Of a stretch of 64,000 nucleotides of DNA, positions 53,017 through 64,000 are shown in pieces (position 1 is the stretch's first letter; each line of letters opens with the position of its first letter). The notes under the pieces were generated by a model. The model had not been told where the DNA came from. It saw nothing but the letters and a program-made list of their open reading frames with translations, and did not search any database. This stretch comes from Eledone cirrhosa (lineage: Eukaryota), in assembly GCA_964016885.1 (NCBI GenBank), contig OZ024743.1, positions 106,578,001-106,642,000 on the forward strand, read 5' to 3'. A program made the position numbers and the translations under genes.

Positions 53017-53562
53017 CTTAAAAGGTTTATAATATCGTTGAAATCCATCAATTCTCTGTTAAAATTTTCTCGATAAAATGTATGCGTTCGATAATGATCA
53101 GAACCGATTATTCATCATTAAATCATTAAAGTTGAATGAGATTTCGCAAACAGCATATATAATTTTTTTTTCTGTACTCTAAACACTTTTAACCGATATT
53201 TGCTATTAAATATAAACATTGATTACACAAAGAAAACATTTATTCAGCTGGAACTCTTTACCAATAAATAACAAACAATATCAAATAATGACTGTTTTTC
53301 TTTAACGCTAAATGATTTGCTGCATCGAGTTTATTACTATTTATATTATTCTCATTTTACTCTGTGGCAGCTTTGTTGTTGAGATTTTGTTGGTGTTAAT
53401 GTCATTTCAGTATTATTTGTAATTAACATGATGGATATAAAAGTAAAATTTGATATTTCGTCTGATTAGCAATTGTAGGTCAATGACTACCTGAAATAAT
53501 TAGTTACAGCTAAGCGTGTGCATACATATACACACAGAATTATGTATATCTATATATCTATA

Positions 53563-53632
<70 letters not shown>

Positions 53633-53692
53633 GGGGGGGGGTATATGGGTGTATGTGTGTGTGTGTGTGTGCACGTATATATGTGTATATAT

Positions 53693-54086
53693 GATGGCTG
53701 CAAACTCTGCTAAGAGTATTGCATTCGCTTAGACTACAGCCAGCCACATGAACCTGTAACAGATCCTGAACAAGCAATGCCGGTGCTTTGAAGTTTTATT
53801 AAGTGGGGAAAGGAATTGCACTCAACTAATCCCATTCTCTGCGCATCGAAAATACTACCCTAAAAGGAGAACTGGTCAACATCATCGGATGCTTCCGAAG
53901 CTGCAGGGTTTCTTTAAAAGTCTCGCTCTCCTAGAAATGTGTTGTGACAACAACTGGGGCCTTTCAATCCCAGGAAAGGGGAAAAATACAATTTTGATGG
54001 CCGTTGACTCTGCTGAGTTCCTCCGTCCTTTGCTGGGTCTTGTATTTAATCCCGAGGGTGTCCAAATTTCGCCCCCCTCACCAAGC
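53693..54086 (-). mobile_element. Divergent RTE-dependent bipartite element
   Basis: Shares ggtcaacatcatcgg, ctcctagaa and atggccgttgactc..gag..cctcaccaag with 59220-59420 and 59848-60185. Confidence 0.7.
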
Positions 54087-54841
54087 ATATTGTTTTTGTT
54101 TTTGTTACGTTACAGAGTTTCATATATGTTTTCAACAATGCTTCAGTCTGCAACACAGAAAACAAATGAACCGAAATGTCAGAAAACTGTTGATAAAAGG
54201 AATCACTCCCTGTAAATAGACAAGCCTCCTATCAAAACAATCCTGTCTGATGAAAGGCTGAGATACGATACGCTGAGAATACAACTATTACTTGTGTGTA
54301 GTGTCTTTGTTTTTACGCGATTATCTAATAACATTCTCCGTGTTTACCTTCCTGAAAATGAAAATTATATGGTCTAATCTATGCATTACCCTTCTATTGG
54401 CAGTATTGGCATCAAGACTTTCCTCAAATGTAACAATATAACAACACACACATACACACACACACACACATATATATATATATCTATATATATATATATA
54501 TATATACATACATACATACATACATACATACATACATGCATACATACATACATACATACATAACTATATGTGTGTGTGGTTGGGTGTGTATGTATGTATG
54601 TATGTATGTATGTATGTATATATATATACGAATATCTGCAGGTGTGAAACAAAAAATGCAAACAGTACTCAAGCGGGAAGGGAGCAGATATGTAATATTA
54701 TTTATTTATCTCCATACACTGAACAAAAGCGTTACCAACGGTTTCAAGGGCCAATATTAAGCACACTTCTAGAATACAAGTGGCATCACAATTGTGATCT
54801 AACTTCAGGCGCTTCTAAATAAATAATATAATGTATATATA

Positions 54842-54911
<70 letters not shown>

Positions 54912-55695
54912 CGTGTGTGTGTGTGTGTGTGTGTGCGTGTGCGTGTGTGTGCGTGTGTGTGTGTGCGTGCGTGTGTGGGGGGTGGGGGTGGGGGCGCGCT
55001 TTGTACAATTTGCGTGAGTTAAACATCTGACGCTAGTATACGAAGGCACGGATATTAGTGAAGTATACAAGTGTTATTTCTACTCCGGAGTATTGGTATG
55101 ATAATGATGTAGAAGTCAGGAAGTTAGAATTGACCGCATTTTATTCCTTCCATAATCGATATTATATGTATTTCGTGGGTAACTATTATGAAACAGTTAG
55201 CATTTCATCAGACATCTATTACCCGAACATAAAATTAGATGAATAAGAATTACATAAATAAGATAACTTTAACCCAAATAAATGAATAAAAATTACTCAT
55301 GCAATTTCCATGTAACGATATCCCATTGCTTATTAGTTTGTTCAATTAAGGCTCTACTGATATATAAATAAGTTCAAACACCCTAACAGCGGCAACAAAG
55401 AGGGCGTTAAAAAGAGCTAACCATTGGTTGGTTATAGTCCCAGCGTTATAACTCCCTTGCTTACTTAAACGACACTGTAGTTCCAAGGTCTGAGACCGTC
55501 TAAGCTCTTGTTTTTGCGTTATCAATGGCTGGCTGCCATGTAACCCAGTACTGATAAAGAATTTACAACTGACCTAATAACAGATTAAGTGGACGATCTC
55601 AGACCTTGGCGCCATCATGTAATCAATAAAATAAGGTAAATTCTAACCTACTGGCTTCTACTTCATTGTTATAAATATATGTATATATATATATT

Positions 55696-55766
<71 letters not shown>

Positions 55767-55777
55767 ATGTATTTGTA

Positions 55778-55830
<53 letters not shown>

Positions 55831-56122
55831 CATATATCAGTATATAAAAATATTGAGAAGTTAGGTAAGCAAATTGGTGATAGGAATATAATATATTTCC
55901 GTCTCCGACCTCTACACGTTACAGCCATACAAACAGTAAATAATAAACGGACAATGTTAGTTATTAAATATACGATGGTTTCTAAGTTCCAATTGACTGG
56001 TTATTCTATTTCCTGTTGCCAGTTTTATGGTTTTGATATTATCTTCGCACATACACACACATACACCCACATACACACACACACGCGACTCACACACATA
56101 CACACATACGCATATATTTGTT

Positions 56123-56238
<116 letters not shown>

Positions 56239-56286
56239 TATACATATATATATATGTATATATGTTTATATATATATATGTATATC

Positions 56287-56321
<35 letters not shown>

Positions 56322-56325
56322 TTGC

Positions 56326-56356
<31 letters not shown>

Positions 56357-56449
56357 TATATACATATACATATATATTTATATATATATGTATATATATA
56401 TATATATATATATACATATATATAAATATATATATATATGTATATATAA

Positions 56450-56524
<75 letters not shown>

Positions 56525-56548
56525 TATGTATATATATGCATATATATG

Positions 56549-56618
<70 letters not shown>

Positions 56619-57052
56619 TATTAAACTGATATTTTATTCACTGTTGTGATTTTGTATTGTAGATAATTCTTTTGGTTTGGTTTTGCCCAGACAACGTGAA
56701 ACGCCAGTTTCATATGCGTAATTCAGAATTTACTTTGTTCCGTGTTATACAATATTGTACTGTTTTGCATACATACACACGTACATACATATATGCATAC
56801 ATACATATATACATACATACATACATACGTACATACATACATACATACATACATACATACATACACACACATATGCACACACAAACATATATATGTATGT
56901 ACATGTACGTATGTATTATGTATGTATGCGTATGTGAGTGGCTGATATTTTATATGTGTGTGTATTTATATGATTTTCCTCTAAATTTGTTTATATTCCA
57001 TATATCGTTATGGTCATCAGATAATTACTATGCAATACCTATATAGAGATAG

Positions 57053-57143
<91 letters not shown>

Positions 57144-58913
57144 AATACATATATACATACATATATATATATCATATATATATATATATATAATATTTTA
57201 TGTTGCATTAAATCAAATTCATGTGAGTTCATTGGATTCTACTGACTTGGTATTAATATGTTTACACATTATTTCATGTCTCTTAAAACAATCTATTCAA
57301 ATTTCAATTTCTTTCGCAGCATCATCTAAAATAATTCGAATATATCTTCTGTGGTATTTAATAGATTATTGTTTTCTTTTTATTCTTCATTTTCATTGTA
57401 TGTGTGTATGTGCGTCTTCTTGAGTCTATGCCGATGTGTGTGCAATGTCATATAGGCTGCTTAAATTCCCCTTAATGCTCTAAATTGACGGCTGGTTACG
57501 CGCATATGTATATAAAATAAAAAGTAATTTCGTATTGTCTATATGCTGCAAAAGAGATAATGTCAGTTCAATTATTTCGTATTCTTCGTTTATAGTAATT
57601 GACAATAATTAATGGACATATTTATTTTCCGCATTTATTTTTAATCAGTTAATTAAGTACTCATTATTTATATAATGACAGACAGATTCTGTTTCAACGA
57701 TTACTTACGCCTTTCATCACGATGCTGTTGCAGGTTAACTAATTCCACAAAGAATATAAGAAGTACTTTTTGCTTTAGAAGTGAAATGGAAAGGTTTTGA
57801 ATGCTTCATTTAAATATAGGTATTTGAGGGGGGCTTTTTTATTTGGAAATATTTAATAAATAGAAAATGTTTACAGACAAGGCGACTGCACATACACACA
57901 CGAACATACACAGGTTCACACATGTACACGATGTAGCTTAAAAAGACATGTAGTAATACCTACATTCACTAGTTATTTAATGTCAGTTGTAACGAATTTC
58001 ATGTGCTTGCATTTATTAAAATGTAATCTGGCTGTCCGTAACTTGAATAGACAGACATATTGGTTCTGAAATAGTCAGTGATTACTAGTAGAAATTTACT
58101 AGAAATGCTTACTTACAATGATATCTGTAACTACAAGGTCTCTTTTCACAACAAGTATGAAAGCACGTTGATCATAGTGTCCGATATCCTAACACTTCTA
58201 ATATTAATTCGTATACTAACGAATTTACAATTATTTGAACTTTCAAATTTTATCTATAATAGTAAAATTTATTATTATCACTATATATACAAAACATTGC
58301 GTCTACATAGTGGTGATGGATCTTTAACTCATATGCAATGTTTGATATGAAGGGGATTTATTCAGTATGGACCTATTCCTAGATACGCATATGTATCAGT
58401 TTCATGGTTTTTATTGGGTTATGTCTGTCATATTTCAAAACATCCTACTGCTTTTAATGGCAAGTGTTTACATATAGACTTATCATATAATACCAATGAG
58501 CAATTCAGTCATCAGAATTTTCAGTAGAACCAGCGGGATTATTTTTTCATTGGCTCCAGGTTATAAGTATGAGAGGAATTACAATTATATGGAACGAGAA
58601 AAATTAGCATATGCGTGTCATATGTTTCTATCCATTGTAATATGGCAAACAATTTAGTCTGTTTCGAACACTTGCGTTCACAATATTGTTTATAGTAAAT
58701 TATCAACATCCAAATAGCTGAGCTTGCCATCGATTAATTCGATACCAAGAATATCATTGGATCATCGAGAAATAGTCCCCAGTATTGACTTGATTATAAA
58801 CGTAGAAAAACGCAAATTATTGTTTTTATTTTACCAGCTAATTTCTATTACAAAAATCAAATAAATGTTCATATTCATACATACATGCATACATGCATAC
58901 ATGCATACATACA

Positions 58914-59520
58914 TGTTGGGTGCCAACTCGTTTTCGAGTACGGCCACTACTTTATATCCATGTAGGAGAACCCCTACCGATGCGCTGAACAAGTGTGACT
59001 TTTTAGTCCAGCCAGCGACTTGAAAACTCTGGTACACACACTACATTTGTTACAATTATTGACACATAATGCTGTGCCCATGATACCATGTGACGACAAG
59101 TGCAGAGAGATCTCCAGATATAAAGGAATGCCTGTGCCGTGAAGCTTTTATAGTGAGCAAAGGCACTGCACAAAGCCAGTCCCACTCTCTTAACCAAGAT
59201 GATATTTACCAAAAAGAACAAGTCAACATCATTGGATACCATCAGGGTTGCAGATGTTATATCAGAGTTTTCCTTCTCCTAGAATTCTGCCTTGACAAAG
59301 GCTAAGGGTCATCTCTCCCGGTGATTTTGGATGGCTATTGACTCTTAAGAGCTCCTTTGCCCTTTGACAGGTTTTGTCTTTAGTCCTGCCTGATGTCCAA
59401 AGTCACCCTCCTCACCAAGAAACCGTGGTGGGGTTGCCAGTTTAGTTGCCAACGACCCGACCATGAGACAGGTTGTACTGGGATACATGTTACCAGTAGC
59501 ACCAACTGGTGATCTGACAT
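58914..59520 (-). mobile_element. Non-autonomous bipartite retroelement (RTE-like 5' UTR fused to an ORF end with a C2H2 finger and 3' hairpin), within (CATA)n
   Basis: The minus strand has ttagccttgtcaaggcagaattctaggagaaggaaaactctga (RTE 5'UTR-like), the peptide CSVCTRVFKSLAGLKSHTCSAHR* and the hairpin CTCG-AAAA-CGAG, then (TATG)n. Confidence 0.7.
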
Positions 59521-59667
59521 ACATACATACATACATACATATCTACCTAGTTGATGTTGTGTAAATTCCAGTGAGAGAGTCTTGTATCTATATTAGAAAC
59601 CGACTCTCTCTATTGACAAACATTTGTGAAATTATAAAACCAGAAGAACATACATACATACGTACAT

Positions 59668-60285
59668 AATGGCTACCCCTGCGTTATCGAGTATGGTCAT
59701 TGCACGATATACCATTATTAATAATTATTAGTTAATTCTATCGTGCAACGCATGTGCGTGAAGATATTTTTTAAAGTGAGGAAATAATGTGCACTTAGCC
59801 AATCCTACTCTCTGAGCGACAGTAGCTATAACCCGAAACGAAGAAAAGGTCAACATCATCGGTAACTACTGAGCCGCAGGTTTTATATCGGAGTTATCCC
59901 AGTTTCCTGAGTTGCCTTCTCCTAGAAGAATGCCCTGACAAAGACTAGGGGCCCTTCACTCCCAGTGGTTTAACCGCGCGATCGGGTGTCCAGCCCGACT
60001 ATTTCTATGTCCTCGCGCATATATATACACACGCACTCACGTACATACACATATACATACATATCTATATGTGTATATACATATTTACACACTTTGGTAT
60101 GGCTGTTGACCCTTATGAGTTCTTCCGCCCTTTGTCAGGTTTTGCTTTTTGTCCTGCTGAGTGTCCGAAATCACCCTCCTCACCAAGTAAACTTGGTGGG
60201 GTTGCCGGTTTAGTCGCCAACGACCCGACCATGCGACAGGTTGTACTGGGTTACATGTTACCAGTAGCACTCAAGAGTGCATATA
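59668..60285 (-). mobile_element. Second bipartite element: same 5' module, different 3' body
   Basis: 60099-60270 matches 59332-59500, and 59848-59965 matches 59220-59320. The 3' part matches 50695-50846. Confidence 0.75.
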
Positions 60286-60334
60286 TACATACATAGGTAC
60301 CATCATAAGAGCTGTAAGATTGTCGACGTAAGAT

Positions 60335-60390
60335 TCGGCTGAGTGGCCGACAACTTTTCTTCACTATTGCGAGGTCCCAGATTTAATCCC
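60335..60390 (+). mobile_element. tRNA-like SINE head fragment
   Basis: A-box-like cggctgagtgg and B-box-like agatttaatccc, followed by (ATAC)n 60391-60468. Confidence 0.4.
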
Positions 60391-60596
60391 ATACATACAT
60401 ACATACATACATACATACATACATACATACATACATACATACATACATACATACATACATACATACATAATGGCGACCGCTGTTGTCAGTGTCCGATAAT
60501 CGGACGTGTGTAATTACGGCTTACATGAAGGCAACATACTATATATTGGAAAAGTTGAGCTACATTACGCGGTAAGATTACATGCAATAATTCTAC

Positions 60597-60925
60597 ATAA
60601 GTGTTTGAACTGTAAGTGTGTTGTAAAACACCTATTTATATGAACGATACATTCACTTATGATATATGAACGATACATACACTTTAACATATAAATGCAA
60701 CGTTGTTATATTACATTTATAAAGAAATATAAAAGTAACGTTTTCGATTCAGAAACAAAAACTTAAGTGTTTGAACTGTGAATATGTTGTGAATAAGTTG
60801 TAGAACACCTATTTATATGAATGATACATACACTTTAACATATAAATAAAGCGTTGTTATATTATATTACATTCATAAAGAAATATACTAAGTAACGGTT
60901 CTTTTTGTTCTCGATTCAAACGATT
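60597..60925. repeat. ~165-bp imperfect tandem duplication upstream of the R4 ORF
   Basis: taagtgtttgaactgt...aacacctatttatatgaa...cactttaacatataaat...cgttgttatatt...ataaagaaatat...tcgattca occurs twice. Confidence 0.88.
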
Positions 60926-61101
60926 CAAGAACAACGTTGAAAACACAGTTGTAGAATTAAAAACTAACTGAAAAGAAATATTACCCAAGCTGTGAATATC
61001 TTTAAATTTGATTCTGACAGAACTTTGTCGAAACTTTTAAAGAAGATCATCGACTATTTTGAAAAATAAATACGAAATATTAGTGAATAGACGAACTCAT
61101 C

Positions 61102-64000
61102 ATGGCAAAAAGTACAAGTCTCCTTCGACCAAATCGCAATTACAACAGTTGTATACAGTGGAGCTACGAGTTTAACAAAGTATTATATGAAGCATACAAA
61201 CAATCTGAACCCCAAAAGTTCGATTTTATGCAAAGGCTAAAAACTTTATGGAACTCCAAACACCAAGAATTAGACTTTTCTCCAAAGCATTTAAATGAAC
61301 GGACAAAACGTATCATTAGATGTAAATTGATACATCTAACGGAATTGAGTGATACTACAAATACATCCCTTGCAGACAACCACCTACTCCACTGACAGAC
61401 AAAGAGAATGTCCAGCTAAATCTAACAGTGAACAGCTCACCAACAATTTTGCTGAAATCCATCCCACTTCCACTGAAGAACAGCGAGAAAGGTCAGCTAA
61501 CTTTAGTAGTAATTGTCACCACATCAACAACGAGGCTGAAATTCATGACTCTACTGAACAAACAGAGCACCAAAAACTTGTGGACACCCTACAAGTGACA
61601 TGGAACGATATGTTTCAAGAGATACACAGCTTTAACGTGAGTGACAGACTATACAACACCAGAATCAGTAAAGAACCCACTAAATTGGAATTGGAAGCGG
61701 TGAACGAAATAGCTGGCAATTATCTGAAGCCTATACGATCTAAAGGTGTAGAAACGACATTTGAAACGCTTAATGTTTTGTTATATGTTTCAGCTGTCAC
61801 ATTGCTATCATATAACACACATCTAAAACCACGCAATCAAGATACAAACAGAAAGCCTGAACCAGCGTGGATGCGAAATTTTAAAACCATAATGTTGTCC
61901 CTGAGACGAAGTATCTCACACATCGCAGTCGTTATGAAATGCAACATAGAGAGCAACTTCACACGACACCAGGAAGACCTAAAGAAAATGTCAGAGAGAC
62001 GATTTGGAGATACAAAATTTAAAACTTTGAACTCCAAATTACACCAGTTGAAACAACAACTCACAGCTACAACAGAAAGACTAAAATATAAGTCAACAGC
62101 ACATAAACGACAAGTGCTAAATAGATTGTTTGCCAGAGATCCTAAATCAGTTTATCGCAGCTTCGGTGGCAAAAGCTCAATCCCTGTAAACGACACCCCT
62201 TCAAAAGAACAGGTTGAGAGCTAGTGGAGATCTGTATGGGAAACGGATGACGGATTCAACAGACAAGCTAATTGGCTAAAAGAACTGGAACAGGACAACT
62301 GCCAACATGTCCAGATAAAACAATATGACATAGATGGGTCAATACTGGAAACAGCTCTACAGAAAATGTCGAATAGGAAATCGCCAGGCCCAGACCTCAT
62401 TACAGGATACTGGTTGAAGAATTTCACTTTCTATCGGCAAGATCTCATACGGCTGTTTACAGAAACCATTAAAGGCACAAAAGAACTGCCCAGATGGTTA
62501 TCAACTGCCACTACTCTCCTCATTCCCCAAACTAGCCAAACCACCCTTGCTAAAAATTACCGCCCAATAGCCTGCCAAAACATCATGTATAAATTATATA
62601 CTGGGTGCCTTAACCTGTTCTTACAGGATCACTGTGCTACCAACAACATCATAACACCTGAGCAAGCTGGTGGAAAGAGGGAGGTGTGGGGTTGCATAGA
62701 TCACCTACTAACTAACAAAATGATTCAGGAAAAAACAACAAAGAATCGCAGAAACATGACTGTGGTGTGGCTGGACTATCAAAAAGCATTTGATAGTGTA
62801 CCTCATGGGTGGATTATTAAGGCTTTACAGTTAGCTAAAGTCCCACAACCATTGGTAGCTGCTGTTGAACGCCTAACGAAGAACTGGTACACCAATTTGA
62901 TCCTTAGAGGTGAGAAGGAGCAAGTTAAGACTGATAAGATACATTACCAGAAGGGCATCTTTCAGGGTGATAGCTTGTCAGTGCTACTCTTCGTTCTCTC
63001 ACTGAATCCACTATCTTACCTACTCAGGAAACAGGGTGGACAAAGAAGTGGGCCCAGAAGTATCTCCCATCTTTTCTTTGTTGATGGCCTGAAGTTGTAT
63101 GGGCCAAATATCAATGACATCAAGAAACAACTAGACCTCATTACACAATTTTCAACCGACATCAAAATGAAATTTGGTGAGTCCAAGTGTTCATATTTGG
63201 CAATAAAACGTGGAAGAGCTGTGCTCTCCTCTAGAAATCTAGAGATGAACGACCTGACAATACAGCCTCTGCAGTCAGGTGACAACTACAGATATCTTGG
63301 ACAGGATGAGAATGTCAGATATGATGGACCCATAAATAAGGAGAGAACCAGAACTGAATACCTCAGAAGAGTAAAGAAAATATGGTCATCAGAACTGTCA
63401 GCATACAACAAATACATTGCCCACAATACTTATGCTGTGCCAATTCTAACGCCAACATTTGGCCTGCTGAACTGGTCATTACAAGAACTAAGTGAGATGG
63501 ATGTTAGAACTCGCAAACTTTTCAGTGTTACTAGGAACTTTAACATCAATGCTGATATGGATAGGCTATACTTCTCACGCAAGGAAGGTGGCCGGGGTCT
63601 AAAATCAATATTAACAACATATGAGACCCGGATAGTAACACTGAAGCAACACCTTCAACAGAGGAAAAAGGTTGGCAACCATCTTGCCCAGGTTTATGAG
63701 CATGAAAAAACAAATATCATTAGAATAGCGACTGATCTGGAGGAGAGATATGGAATAAAGCCTGATATAAATATCTCACCCAGAGAAATCGGAAGATCCT
63801 ATTCAATGTTCAAACAAGATAACAAACTTGACCAATTTACAGAAAAAGTTGTGCATGGATACTTGAGGCGTAAAACACAGACCATAGAGGGGATAAACCA
63901 CTCAAAAAGCCTGGCATGGAGTTCCGACAAGTTTATGACATCACACCTTGAAGGTTATCTCTATGCAATACAGGAACAAGAACTCCCTACCAAATATCTG
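61102..64000 (+). mobile_element. R4/Dong-clade non-LTR retrotransposon ORF, lightly disabled, continuing past the window end
   Basis: N-terminal WSYEFNKVLYEAY..S.P..FMQRLKTLW and PAWMR. RT motifs KSPGPDLITGYWLK, NYRPIACQNIMYK, WLDYQKAFDSVPH, GIFQGDSLS, SHLFFVDGLKLY, RLYFSRKEGGRGL and EGYLYAIQEQ. One frameshift at ~61350-61395 and TAG at 62222-62224. The frame appears open from 62225 to the end. Confidence 0.92.

Noticed and set aside
59420-59520. HDV-like ribozyme at the 5' end of the bipartite RTE-type elements
   Set aside because: I could not fit P1, P1.1 and the L3 consensus by eye.

Overview
AT-rich eukaryotic repeat-dominated window, most likely octopus/coleoid cephalopod (inferred from the SINE family and the microsatellite load). 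I can support no intact host gene. Most listed ORFs are microsatellite translations. It is a mosaic of (TA)n, (CA)n, (GA)n and (CATA)n tracts with transposon relics between them. These are a decayed CRE-type LINE (2.3-3.6 kb), a decayed RTE LINE (13.3-15.5 kb), two Penelope-like elements (PLEs: Hydra-type at 15.9-18.2 kb, Neptune-type at 39.9-43.1 kb), an R4/Dong LINE running off the right edge, a non-autonomous Helitron, a mariner relic, about 11 tRNA-SINE copies and RTE-dependent bipartite elements. The most notable signal is a dense set of type I hammerhead ribozyme (HHR) motifs, about 25 by manual reading, ranging from intact to relic. They sit in short non-coding units inserted in (TA)n. 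Several have long or branched stem II, and many occur in fold-back palindromes. Coordinates were read by eye and may be off by a few bases, and element boundaries by more.
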